DNA of 64,000 bases from Balanoglossus misakiensis. Taxonomy: Eukaryota; Animalia; Hemichordata. Shown here piece after piece: positions 1-11,308 of the stretch. The stretch's first letter is position 1. Each line of letters begins with the position of its first letter. The DNA is taken from the NCBI GenBank assembly GCA_040954595.2, contig JBECUI020000037.1, forward strand, positions 62,001-126,000, in the 5' to 3' direction. Below the pieces are notes generated by a model that did not search any database, was not told the origin of the DNA, and saw only the letters and a list, made by a program, of their open reading frames with translations. A program made the translations under genes and the position numbers.

Positions 1-2310
1 TCCTACTGGAATTTCCACTGTTTGATTCGGTTCTGTTGTTTCCCACCTTGTTATAAAGAACGATGCGCTGGCATTTTCTATTGTAATGGCATCGGGTTCA
101 GCCACTGTTTCTAATTCGTTGCCTGCATAGTCACGAATATTCCCAGATTCGTCATTGGTATACCAGATTGTTATCACTTCATTGGGGAGAATGGTTCGTG
201 AGAGGGTCAGGATAATCCTGCGTGAGTCTACTTGTACTGCGGTTACACTCAGTAGTTCTGTACCACTACCTCCAATGCCGAAATTACTATCTCGTGCATT
301 CCCTTGGATATCTTCGGAAAAGTAAAGCATTATTTTTTCTTCCGTTACTCCCGCTCTTCCCTCTGTGATCGTTGGAGCGCGGGTATCGATTACTGTCAAA
401 TCGGCGATTACTTCCCGCATTTCCGTATAGTCTTCGAAATATACCTCCACTGATATTTTGTACTCTCCTGGTGTACTAATGACACCAGAAATGCTACCAA
501 ATATATCTATTGTTATACTTGGTATATCTATAGTGATGCCATCTTTGGTTATTTCGGTAATGAAGAAAAAGGATCCAGTTGTGAAATCTCCCGTTCTTGT
601 CGGGATTAGTTCAAATGCTTCTCCGTGCTCAACAGTTCTTCCGCTTCCATAACTCATTGTTCCGGTCAGTGGGGGCTGTACCTGTATTGTTAGCGATAGG
701 GAATGACTGCCGGTATACCGTCCGATTGCTTCAACAACGATTGTAATCGGGTAGTCATCTACGGGCACTTCTGTTCCCACTGTTATAGTTCCACTATTGC
801 TGTCTACCTGTATGGCGACAAGTGGTGGGGGAACAATGCTGTATTCCACAGTTATCTCGGAGGGAATATTTGTTAGCAATGGATACATGCCTCCTATGCC
901 TGCGGGTACTGCATCGGAGGTATCATAAATTATGTAGTAGGATCTCAGGTCTATAGACAACTGTACTATTTTAATGATCCCCCGCCACTCAATAAATCCT
1001 GTATAATTTCCCGTAGCTGTTGCGCGTACCGTGACAGCATATTCGCCTGCAACGAGTCCTGCTGCGACCTGTATTCTTCCATCTTCGCTTAACGTTATTT
1101 CATTGGGAATCGTTACTATACTATAGCTGATCGGTATTATTGTAGGAATTGTACTTGTTACGGCATACTCTGCACTATTTCCATAGTCAATGGGAAAAAT
1201 TGTATAGGTTAGAGTATACGCATCTATTGATTGTCTTTCTGTGCTTATTGCTGTCTTGCTTGTGTAACTCGTACTACTCGTGGTTTCTCCATCTACTGCT
1301 TTTGATTGTATAACAATGAAATACCTTGTGCCCGGTGCCAACGGAGTGGCGTCTTTTAATTGCGTTATCTGCACTTCATATGGGCCTAGGGCAGAAGTGG
1401 GCAAGGTGTGCACAAGATTTTCTTGCACTGCAATATCCGAGATAGTTCCATCTACAGACGAGATGTAGACAGAGTAGCGGGTAGGAAGGGTATATCCCTG
1501 GGCGTTTCTACCGGGTGATACTGCATGCCATCTCAGTATGATATCTCTTGCAGTAACTGATGAAGTCAATGTTGCAATGCCGACATTCACTGGTATTCGT
1601 GGTGCTGTTGCTACTGGATTAGGCAGTTCTATCGGTGTGCTGCGCTGTGTTCCCGCTTCGTCCAACTGGGTAATAATTTTTACCCGATAGGACTGTCCAG
1701 AATGCAAATTTTGTATGGTATAACGAATAAGACCAGCTGCATCGGGAGTTAGGTCTGCTGCAGGTATGGAGTGAGGGATTTCTTGTCCCGATTCATCTGT
1801 GAGAAAAATGGTGTACGAGTGCACTGAATCGACTACAGGAGGGTTCCATTGGAGAGCAATGCTGTCGGGTTGAGTTTCTGTAGCTCGTATGTTTGATACG
1901 GCAGAACCGAGAATGCCGGTTTTCAGAGGAGGGGACGATACTATTGGCAAATAGCTGTTGCCAACCATTGCCTGTACTTCTACAGAGTAGCTGGTAGATG
2001 CAATAAGGCTGTCCGTGATAAAGGTGTATCCCAGACCCGTTTCGGTAGAAATAATAGCCGGATCATTAGCTGGTATGTCCAGTTCCAGTGGCGGGACAAC
2101 ATTATCAGCAGTCTTAAGAATAATCTTATATGTATCCGGTGGGGGTGTCGGGGGGCTCCATGTTATATGGATACCATCATCTGCAACAAATCGAGCAGCA
2201 AGGTTGCTAATCGGGGGAGTCTGTGCACTGTTAGTACTGGTATTTTCACAAGAAAAAATAAACAGAACAACAAACAGCAACGCGGATTTCACTAGGAACT
2301 GAGTAGACAT
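1..2310 (-). CDS. Surface lipoprotein paralog L0 (FN3, Ig-like and SwmB-like domains; runs off the left edge before the expected DUF285 repeats)
   Basis: Not in the ORF track because it has no stop inside the window. ATG at 2310 follows GGAGGA and reads MSTQFLVKSALLFVVLFIFSC (lipobox). The same frame reads ...[31 protein letters not shown] at position 1, homologous to the other five paralogs. Confidence 0.85.
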   Translation of the reverse strand, partial: MSTQFLVKSALLFVVLFIFSCENTSTNSAQTPPISNLAARFVADDGIHITWSPPTPPPDTYKIILKTADNVVPPLELDIPANDPAIISTETGLGYTFITDSLIASTSYSVEVQAMVGNSYLPIVSSPPLKTGILGSAVSNIRATETQPDSIALQWNPPVVDSVHSYTIFLTDESGQEIPHSIPAADLTPDAAGLIRYTIQNLHSGQSYRVKIITQLDEAGTQRSTPIELPNPVATAPRIPVNVGIATLTSSVTARDIILRWHAVSPGRNAQGYTLPTRYSVYISSVDGTISDIAVQENLVHTLPTSALGPYEVQITQLKDATPLAPGTRYFIVIQSKAVDGETTSSTSYTSKTAISTERQSIDAYTLTYTIFPIDYGNSAEYAVTSTIPTIIPISYSIVTIPNEITLSEDGRIQVAAGLVAGEYAVTVRATATGNYTGFIEWRGIIKIVQLSIDLRSYYIIYDTSDAVPAGIGGMYPLLTNIPSEITVEYSIVPPPLVAIQVDSNSGTITVGTEVPVDDYPITIVVEAIGRYTGSHSLSLTIQVQPPLTGTMSYGSGRTVEHGEAFELIPTRTGDFTTGSFFFITEITKDGITIDIPSITIDIFGSISGVISTPGEYKISVEVYFEDYTEMREVIADLTVIDTRAPTITEGRAGVTEEKIMLYFSEDIQGNARDSNFGIGGSGTELLSVTAVQVDSRRIILTLSRTILPNEVITIWYTNDESGNIRDYAGNELETVAEPDAITIENASASFFITRWETTEPNQTVEIPVG

Positions 2311-2652
2311 AACATCCTCCAAAAGCACTGCATATTCAATAGTATAATACAATATATAGAACAGTCAAGAATTATTTTAAAGTGTTTTTCAACAGCAATG
2401 GCAGATGTTAGTATGCTTTTTATGAAAAATTTTTCTTTTCATAGAGTTTCATGCTCAAGCATGCCTGCGTATATACTTACATAGTGTCCGTAATTTTTTA
2501 TTATTGCTTCATCCACAGTCCACACACATTCAGGAGGTGGCAACTACTGTAAAAATCGTTGTTTCACTGAGACGCTTCCTATAAGAGCAGGATTACTCCC
2601 AACACAGACAACAAAACTGCGGAGTATGTGCTCTACTGCTTTCCGAGAAGGG

Positions 2653-5600
2653 TTACTGTACCGTTATAGTAAACTCTACAATCGGGTTATCTGGTATACT
2701 GAAATCGGCGCTTACTGTTTGTATCCTTATGGTATATCTTCCTGCAGCAGTAGTTCTCTTGGGCTGCAAAATTTTTCCGTTGCTAATGCTGAAATTGTTG
2801 TTAATTGTAGAATCGGTCGTTAGAATGTACTGCGGAAATGCCAGTTGTCCTGCAAGGATGTTGTTCCGTGCTGCAATGGTCAGTGTCGTTCCTACCGGGA
2901 TAATTGTCTGCGGTAATGTAATATACCAAGAACCAAGATTTTGTCTAAAGGCGCTCGCCCCTCTGAATATATCAGTCATATCGGTTACATTTGATATGTC
3001 CCAGTTACTGATATTTTGATTGAAGGATATTGCATCGTAGAACATTGATTCCATATTGGTTACCTTGTGGGTGTTCCAGTTACTGATATTTTGATTAAAG
3101 GTGGCGGCTCCTTTGAACATCTTACTCATATTGGTTACCTTGTGGGTGTTCCAGTTACTGATATTTGCATTGAAGGAGATTGCCTCTCTGAACATGTCAT
3201 TCATAGCGGTTACTTCGGAAGTTTTCCAGTTGCTGATATTTCCACTGAAGGACTGTGCACATGTGAACATTGAATTCATATCGGTTACCATGGTGGTGTT
3301 CCAGTTGTTCAAGTGCCGATTGAATGACTTTGCAACCTCAAACATGCTACTCATATCAGTTACTTTGGCAGTGTTCCAACTGTTGATGTCCCCATTAAAG
3401 CTAGTTGCACCCGAGAACATGGCATTCATATTGGTTACGTTTGATGTGTCCCAGCCATTCAAGTCCAGATTGAATGCAGTTGCCCCTAGGAACATCTTAC
3501 TCATATCGGTTACCTTGGTGGTATTCCATTTGTAGATATCTTTATTGAAGGCACTTGCCCGTTGGAACATAGAACGCATATCGGTTACCTGAGAGGTGAT
3601 CCAGTTGCCGATATCACCATTAAAGGAGGATGCTTCATAGAACATTCCACTCATATCGGTTACCTGAGAGGTGATCCAGTTGCCAATATCACCATTAAAG
3701 GAGCTTGCCCGTCGGAACATAGAACTCATATCGGTTACATTTGATGTGTCCCAGTTGCTGATATCACCATTAAAGGAGGATGCTCCATAGAACATTCCAC
3801 TCATATCGGTTACATTTGATGTGTCCCAGTTGCTGATGTTTCCATTGAAGGAGCTTGCATTGTAGAATGCTCCACCCATATTTTCTACTTCTGAGAGATC
3901 AGGAATGTCGGTTGCTGCGATTGTCATATTGCTTGCATGGGAAAATGCCGACTCCATACTAGTCCAGCTTGCTGTTCCCCACTGATCAATAGACTTCAGG
4001 CGTGCTGCTATTGCTCCTGTTGTATCCGCCAATCGTATCTGCTGAAAACTATCGCTTATCTTGACTGTATATTCTCCTGCTCTCGCATAGATATGGGAAG
4101 GCGTGCCCAAATACTCTTCTACTGTTCCATCGCCCCAAGATATCTCGTTGGGTGTTGTATAGCCTCTCAGCGGGATTACTACACTTTGATTTGATGCTGT
4201 TGTTTTCCATTTTGTTATAAACAGCGATGAGCCGGTATTCTCTATTGTTATGGCGTCTGCTTCCGCCACTGTTTCCAATTCATTGCCTGTATTGTCGATA
4301 ATATTCCCGGTATCGTCATTGGTATACCAGATTGTTATCACTTCTTCAGGCTCCACTTCTCGTGACAGGGTCAAGATAATTTCATTTGAATCTACTTGTG
4401 TTGCAACGGTGTGTACACTCAGTGCTTCTGTACTGCTACTCGCAATGCCAAAATTGCTACCTTGTGCATCACCCATGACAACTTCGGAAAAACGAAGAAT
4501 GATCTTTGCTCCCACTGTTTCTGTTCTGCCATCTGTGATTGTTGGGACTATGGGATCGACTACTGTCAGAACAACTGTTACTGAAAAGTCGGCATTGGCG
4601 ACGGAAATAGCACGTATTGTTACTGGTCCTATAGCACGTGCGGTTACTAGGATACTACCGTCGTTACTATCTGAAATTTCTGCTATTGCAGAATTATCGA
4701 TGGTCCAAACTATGGATGTTACTATGTTTATACCGCTGACGTTTACCTGGAATGTCTGTGTATTGCCAATCAGCATTGTCTGATCGTAGGGTGCTATCTC
4801 TATTCCGATAACACCGTTACTTGAAAATTCTTTTGCTTCCGTCCATACGGAGGTTAATGTCCGATCTACAGTATTTTCAGACCGAATTTGTATCTGGTAT
4901 TGCTCTGCACCTTCTAGGTTGATTAGGGTATAGGATGTGTTGTCCGTTTCCACTGTTGGTGCATTGTTCCATTGCTCTTCGTCTGGTATGAATGTGCTGG
5001 GGAGGTAACGAATGACATAGAGGTTAGGCACAATATTTCCTTCCGTATCTAATCCTTGTTCTGATGCGCTCCAGCTTACCGTAAGAGTCTTGTCAGTTTT
5101 TTCGGTTTCGTCTTTGACTATTGTCAAAGGATCAACTGCTCCTGGGGCTCTACTTGCTACTGGATAAGTGCTTATTGTTGTCTTGCTTGTGTAACTCGTA
5201 CTACTGATGTTTTCTCCATCTACTGCGTCTGATTGTACAACAATGAAATATGTTGTTTCTGGTTTTAACGGAGTACCGTCTTTTAATTGAGTTATCTGCA
5301 CTTCATAGGGCTCGGGGGAAGAAGGAGGGAATGAGTGTACACGATTCTCAGGTACTGCAATATCCGAGACAGTTCCATCTACTAACGATATGTAGACATG
5401 GTAATGAGTAGGGAATGCATATCCCTGATCGTCTCTGCCGGCCAATACTGCATCCCATTTCAGTATGATCTTGTTCGCACCGACTGATGAAACCAGTGTT
5501 ACAGTGCCGACATTCACTGGTATTCGTGGTACTGTTGCTACCGGGCTGGGTAGTTCAATCGGTGTGCTGAGTTCTGTTCCTTCTTCGTTCAACTGGGTAA

Positions 5601-6237
5601 TAATTTCCACCCGATAGGATTTTTCAGGGTCAAGATTTGGTATGGTATAACGAATAAGACCGGATGCATCGGGAGTGAGGTCTGCTGCAGGTATGGTATA
5701 TGGAGTTTCTTGCCCCGATTCATCTGTGAGACGAATGATATATGAGTGGGCTGAGTGTCTTTCAGGATCTGCTTGTTGCCATTTGAGAGTAATGCTATCA
5801 GGTTGAGTTTCCGTTACTTCTATGTTTGATACGGCAGAACCGAGAATACCGGTTTTCAGAGGAATGGACGATACTATTGGCAAATAGTTGTTGCCAACCA
5901 TTGCCTGTACTTCTACAGAGTAGCTGGTAGATGCCATAAGGCTGTCCGTGGTAAAGGTGTATCCCAGACCCGATTCGGTGGAAATAATAGCTGGATCATT
6001 AGCTTGTATGTCCAGTTCCAGTGGCGGGACAACATTATCAGCAGACTTAAGAATAATCTTATATGTATCCGGTGGGGGTGTCGGGGGGCTCCATGTTATA
6101 TGGATACCATCATCTGCAACAAATCGAGCAGCAAGGTTGCTAATTGAGGAAGGCTGCATAGTACCAGCACCTCCACAAGAGAAACTAAAAAGAACCGTAA
6201 AAAGAATTACTGTTCCCACTAAGAACTTAGTAGACAT
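2653..6237 (-). CDS. BspA-like/DUF285 surface lipoprotein L1 (FN3 x4, Big_2, SwmB-like, PKD, 13 x 25-aa repeats), intact
   Basis: ORF 2653..6249; the likely start is ATG 6237 after GGAGGA. Signal peptide MSTKFLVGTVILFTVLFSFSC. Repeats of the form WxTSxVTDMSxMFxxASxFNxDISN. Ends FTITVQ. Confidence 0.9.
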   Translation of the reverse strand: MSTKFLVGTVILFTVLFSFSCGGAGTMQPSSISNLAARFVADDGIHITWSPPTPPPDTYKIILKSADNVVPPLELDIQANDPAIISTESGLGYTFTTDSLMASTSYSVEVQAMVGNNYLPIVSSIPLKTGILGSAVSNIEVTETQPDSITLKWQQADPERHSAHSYIIRLTDESGQETPYTIPAADLTPDASGLIRYTIPNLDPEKSYRVEIITQLNEEGTELSTPIELPSPVATVPRIPVNVGTVTLVSSVGANKIILKWDAVLAGRDDQGYAFPTHYHVYISLVDGTVSDIAVPENRVHSFPPSSPEPYEVQITQLKDGTPLKPETTYFIVVQSDAVDGENISSTSYTSKTTISTYPVASRAPGAVDPLTIVKDETEKTDKTLTVSWSASEQGLDTEGNIVPNLYVIRYLPSTFIPDEEQWNNAPTVETDNTSYTLINLEGAEQYQIQIRSENTVDRTLTSVWTEAKEFSSNGVIGIEIAPYDQTMLIGNTQTFQVNVSGINIVTSIVWTIDNSAIAEISDSNDGSILVTARAIGPVTIRAISVANADFSVTVVLTVVDPIVPTITDGRTETVGAKIILRFSEVVMGDAQGSNFGIASSSTEALSVHTVATQVDSNEIILTLSREVEPEEVITIWYTNDDTGNIIDNTGNELETVAEADAITIENTGSSLFITKWKTTASNQSVVIPLRGYTTPNEISWGDGTVEEYLGTPSHIYARAGEYTVKISDSFQQIRLADTTGAIAARLKSIDQWGTASWTSMESAFSHASNMTIAATDIPDLSEVENMGGAFYNASSFNGNISNWDTSNVTDMSGMFYGASSFNGDISNWDTSNVTDMSSMFRRASSFNGDIGNWITSQVTDMSGMFYEASSFNGDIGNWITSQVTDMRSMFQRASAFNKDIYKWNTTKVTDMSKMFLGATAFNLDLNGWDTSNVTNMNAMFSGATSFNGDINSWNTAKVTDMSSMFEVAKSFNRHLNNWNTTMVTDMNSMFTCAQSFSGNISNWKTSEVTAMNDMFREAISFNANISNWNTHKVTNMSKMFKGAATFNQNISNWNTHKVTNMESMFYDAISFNQNISNWDISNVTDMTDIFRGASAFRQNLGSWYITLPQTIIPVGTTLTIAARNNILAGQLAFPQYILTTDSTINNNFSISNGKILQPKRTTAAGRYTIRIQTVSADFSIPDNPIVEFTITVQ

Positions 6238-6375
6238 AACATCCTCCAAAAGAACCGTATACTATATACATATATATACAATATATAAAAAAGTCAAGGG
6301 AAATTTCTCTAGTTTAATAACAATGGCAGACGCAGTCGTAATTTTGAAGGTGCAGATTTTTTTATATTGCTTCGC

Positions 6376-7200
6376 CATCCACAACCCCCACCCTTAAGGG
6401 GCGGTATTAAGAATTACTGCAAAATATGCTTGTTTGATTGAGCCTTTGCCCGGCCGGCACACAAAAATCTCCGTGCACCCCTGCTAAACTACTACACAGA
6501 TGTTAAGTAGTTTTTTGGTATGAGTTTTCCCATCCACAACCCCCACCCATCAAGGGGCGGTATCAATAACTACTGCAAAATATGCTTGGTTGATTGAGAT
6601 ACTGCTACAATTTTGTTACTGATAGGCGAGGCTTTCTCAATGGTTACTTAATTTTTTACTTAAAATTTATGTACGAGTTTCCCATCCACAGCCCCCACCC
6701 TTCAAGGGGCGGTATTAAGAATTACTGCAAAATATGCTTGTTTGATTGAGATACTGCTACAATTTTGTTACTGATAGGCGAGGCATTTCTCAATGTTTAC
6801 TTAATTTTTTACTTAAAATTTATGTACAAGTTTCCCATCCACAGCCCCCACCCTTCAAGGGGCGGTATTAAGAATTACTGCAAAATATGCTTGTTTGATT
6901 GAGATACTGCTACAATTTTGTTACTGATAGGCGAGGCATTTCTCAATGGTTACTTAATTTTTTACTTAAAATTTATGTACGAGTTTCCCATCCACAGCCC
7001 CCACCCTTCAAGGGGCGGTATTAAGAATTACTGCAAAATATGCTTGTTTGATTGAGATATTGCTACAATTTTGTTACTGATAGGCGAGGCTTTCACAATG
7101 TTTACTTAATTTTTTACTTAAAATTTATGTATAAGCCCGCCATCCACAACCCCACTTAATCAAGGGGCGGTATCAATAACTACTGCAAAAAGTGCTTGGT
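6376..7200. repeat. Tandem array A of a non-coding ~153-bp element (6 cores)
   Basis: Core CATCCACARCCCCCACCC...GGGGCGGTATYAA...TACTGCAAAA starts at 6376, 6531, 6683, 6836, 6989 and 7141 (spacing 155/152/153/153/152). A representative unit has stops in all six frames. Confidence 0.95.
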
Positions 7201-7243
7201 TGCTTCATATCTTTCTATAAAAGCAGGAGTAATTTCGCCGTTG

Positions 7244-7283
7244 AAAAAGAAAAACAGCGGAGCACTAAAGCCCCGCTGTTTTC
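7244..7283 (-). terminator. Intrinsic terminator of L2
   Basis: Stem AAAACAGCGG/CCGCTGTTTT followed by a U-run on the minus strand, 8 bp after the L2 stop. Confidence 0.75.
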
Positions 7284-7291
7284 GGAAATGG

Positions 7292-10200
7292 CTACTGTAC
7301 CGTTATAATAAACCGCACAATCGAATTCTGTGGCGTGCTGAAATCGGCACTTGTTGTTTGTATGCTTATGGTATACTCACCGGCTTGAGTACCATTATTG
7401 ACATTCAAGGTTGTTACGTTAGTAATGTTAAACAGATAGTTTTTGGTTGTAGCATCGGTTGGCAGACTGTACTGCGGATTTTCCAGTTGTCTTGCAAGGA
7501 TGTTGTTCTGTGCTGCAATGGTCAGTGGTCTTCCTACCGAGATAGTGGTCTGCGGCAATGTAATATACCATGGACCGAGATCCTGATTGAATGCAAGCGC
7601 ACCGAGAAACATGTTATCCATAGCAGTTACCTGGGAGGTTCTCCAGTTGCTGATATCTCCATTGAAGGAGGTTGCATAGGTGAACATGTAACTCATATCG
7701 GTTACCTGAGAGACATCCCAGCCATTCAAGTCCTGATTGAATGCAGATGCACTGAGAAACATCGCACTCATATCGGTTACTTTTTCTGTATTCCAGTTGC
7801 TGACATCACCATTGAAGGATGATGCAGAGTAGAACATGCCACTCATATCGGTTACTTTTTCTGTGTTCCAGTTGCTGACATCACCATTGAAGGATGATGC
7901 AGAGTAGAACATGAAACTCATATCGGTTATTTTTTCTGTATTCCAGTTGCTGACATCACCATTGAAGGATGATGCAGAGTAGAACATGGAACTCATATCG
8001 GTTACTTGGGCAGTATTCCAGTTGCTGACATCACCGTTGAAGGATGATGCAGAGACGAACATGGAACTCATATCGGTTACTTGGGCAGTATTCCAGTTGC
8101 TGACATCACCATTGAAGGATGATGCACTGAGAAACATCGCACTCATATCGGTTACTTTTTCTGTATTCCAGTTGCTGACATCACCATTGAAGGATGATGC
8201 AGAGTAGAACATGCCACTCATATCGGTTACATTGGCGGTGTTCCAGCTGCTGATATCTCCATTGAAGGCACTTGCCCCACTGAACATGGAACGCATATTA
8301 TGTACTCCTGAGAGATCAGGAATGTCGGTTGCTGCCATGGTCATGCTGCGTGCCTTAAAAAATGCCGACTCCATACTAACCCAGCTTGCTGTGCCCCACT
8401 GATCAATAGACTTCAGTCGTGCGGCTATTTCTTCTGTCGTATCTGCCAATCGTATCTGCTGAAAAGTATCCGTTATTCTGACTGTATATTCTCCGGCTAC
8501 TGTATAGACATGGCTTGCCGTATCGGAAAACTCTTCCACCGTTCCATCGCCCCAGGATATCTCTGCCGTACTGTTACCCATCGGAAATCTCCACTGTTTG
8601 ATTCGCTGCTGTGGTCTCCCATCTTGTTATAAACAACGATGAGCCGATATTTTCTATTGTTATGGCATCTATTTCCGCCACTGTTTCCAATTCATGGTTG
8701 GCATGATCAATAATATTCCCGGTATCGTCATTGGTATACCAGATTGTTATTACTTCATCATTGGCAACTTCTCGTGACAGGGTCAGGATAATTTTATTTG
8801 AAGCCGCTTGTGTTGCAACGCTGCTTACACTCAGTGCTGCAGTACCGCTACTCTGAATGCTGAAATTGCTACCTAGTGCATCACCCTTGACAAGTTCGGA
8901 AAAGGAAAGAATGATTTTTTTCTCCGCGACTCCCGTTCTGCCATCTGTGATCGTTGGGGGCTTGTGCATCGACTACTGTCAGATTAGCTGTTGCTGAAAA
9001 GCTGTCATCGGCGACTGAAATAGCACGTATTGTTACTTCTCCTGCTGCAAGTGCGGTTACTAGGGAACTTCCATCATTCTTATTCTCTACTCCTGCTCTT
9101 ATAGAACCATCGGTTGTCCAGCTTATTGATGTTATTATGTTTTATGCCGCTGGCAGTTGCCTGAAGTGTCTGTGTCTCTCCGACCGACATTGTCTGTTGG
9201 TAGGATGCTATCTTATTCCGGTAACACCGTTACTCGAAAATTCTTTTGCTTCCGACCATATGGAGGTTAATGTTCGATCTGCGGTATTTTCAGACCGGAT
9301 GCGTATCTGGTACTGCTTGCACCTTCTAGGTTGGTGAGTGTATGTTCTGTGTCTTCCGTTTCCACTGTTGGTGCGGTATCCCATTGCCCTTCGTCCTGGT
9401 ATGGGTGTGCTAGGCAGGTAACGAATAACATAGATATTTGGCATAGTGGTACCATCAGTATTTAATCCTGATTCTGATGCACTCCAGTTTATCGTCAGAG
9501 TCTTGGCAGTTTTTTTCGCTTTCGTCTTTAACTATTGTCAAAGGATCAACTGATCCGGGTGCTTTGCTTTCTGACGGGGTGGTGTTATTGCTGTCGTGCT
9601 TGTGTAACTCGTACTACTGGTGCTATTTCCATCGACTGCGTCTGATTGTATAACAACGAAATATGTTGTTTCCGGTTCCAATAGAGTTCCGTCTGATAAT
9701 TGATTTATTCGTACTTCATAGGGTGCAAGCAAAGCAAGCACAAAATTCCCAGGCACTGCAATATCCGTGGCAGTCCCATCTACCGGGCGATAGGTAGACA
9801 TAGTAGCGGGTGGGAAGGGTGAAGCCTGGTCGTTTCTGCCTGCTGATACTGCATCCCATCTCAATATGAGCATCCGCGGTCTTACTGATGAAGTCAGTAT
9901 TGCAGTGCCGACATTCACTTTTTTTGCCATGTCGGTGGTTATTGCTGTTATGCTTGTGTAACTCGTACTACTGGTGCTATCGCCATCGACTGCGTCTGAT
10001 TGTATAACAATGAAATATGTTGTTTCCGGTTCCAGCAGAGTTCCGTCTGCTAATTGAGTTATCTGCACTTCAATAGGGTTCAGGGGAAGAAGGAGGGGGC
10101 GTGTGCACATGATTCCTTGCACTGCAATATCCGAGGCAGTTCCATCTACTAACGATATGTAGACAGAGTAGCGGGTGGGAATGGTATATCCCTGATTGTT

Positions 10201-11010
10201 TCTGCCTGCCGATACTGCATCCCATCTCAGTAATAATTTCTCTCGCACCGGCTGATGCAGTCAATGTTGCACTGCCAACATTGACTGATGATGGTGCTGC
10301 TGTGCTACTGGGTCTGTCGGTTCTATCGGGGTGCTGAGGTCGTTGCCTGCTTCGTCTAACTGGGTAATAATTTCCACCCGATAGGACTGACCAGCATTCA
10401 AACAGGTATGGGTATGACTAATAAGACCGGATTCATCGGGAGTGAGGTCTGCTGCAGGTATGGAATGTAGGGTTTCTTGCTCTGATGCATCGGTGAGACG
10501 AATGATATAGGAATGCACTAAACGGCCTACAGATTTGCCTGTTGCCATTTGAGAGTAATGCTATCAGGTTGAGTTCCCCGTTACTTCTATGTTTGATACG
10601 GCAGAATCCGTGATACCAGTTTCTAGAGGGAGTGAGGATACGACGGTTGAGTAGGTACTGTCAAGCATTGTCCGTACTTCTATAGAGTAGGTGGTAGCTG
10701 CAACAAGGATGTCCGTGGTAAGAATGTATACCAGACCGGATTCGGTGGAAATAATAGCCGGATCATCAGCTGGCATGGCCTGTTCCCATATTGAGGTATC
10801 ATTGTCAGCGGTCTTGAGAATGATATTATATGTATCGGGTGCGGGTGTCGGGGGGCTCCATGTTATATGGATACTGTTATCAGCAACAAACCGTGCGGTT
10901 AGATCACTGATCGGGGGCACATGTACACTGCTGGTGCCGGTACTGCCACAAGAAACACCAAACAAAACAACAAAAAGCACCGCTGTTCCCACTAAAAACC
11001 TAGTAAACAT
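7292..11010 (-). CDS. DUF285 surface lipoprotein L2 (10 repeats, one extra FN3 copy); several frameshifts as assembled
   Basis: Fragments 10564..11022, 10261..10548, 9538..10248, 9208..9455, 8574..8969 and 7292..8581 are collinear with L1. Lipobox FGVSC; ATG 11010 after GGAGGA. Confidence 0.85.
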
Positions 11011-11166
11011 AAGATCCTCCAAAAGAACTGTCTATTTCTTATATATATACAAAATATACAGAAAAGTCAAGACTTTTTTTCCTAGTGTTTTTCAACAGCA
11101 ATAGCAGAACGGTAGACGCAGTTGTAATATTGAAGATAGGAATTTTTTTTTGTGGTGCTTCGCCCC

Positions 11167-11232
11167 CATCCACAGCCCCCACCCTTCAAGGGGCGGTATC
11201 AATAACTACTGCAAAAAGTGTGTGTTTGCTTC
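11167..11232. repeat. Solo copy of the 153-bp element core
   Basis: CATCCACAGCCCCCACCCTTCAAGGGGCGGTATCAATAACTACTGCAAAAAGTG, between the L3 stop and the L2 promoter. Confidence 0.9.
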
Positions 11233-11264
11233 ACATCTTTAAGGCAGAATTACTAGCAAGGCTG

Positions 11265-11300
11265 AAAAAAAACAGCGGAGCATGCACCCCGCTGTTTTTC
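11265..11300 (-). terminator. Intrinsic terminator of L3
   Basis: Stem AAAAACAGCGG/CCGCTGTTTTT with a U-run on the minus strand; paralogous to the L2 terminator. Confidence 0.75.
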
Positions 11301-11308
11301 AGAAATGG

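Noticed and set aside
6376-7200. CRISPR array (also considered for 31785-32842)
   Set aside because: The period of ~153 bp and the long conserved part are far larger than CRISPR repeats, the middles are repeated and related to each other rather than unique, and no cas genes are present.
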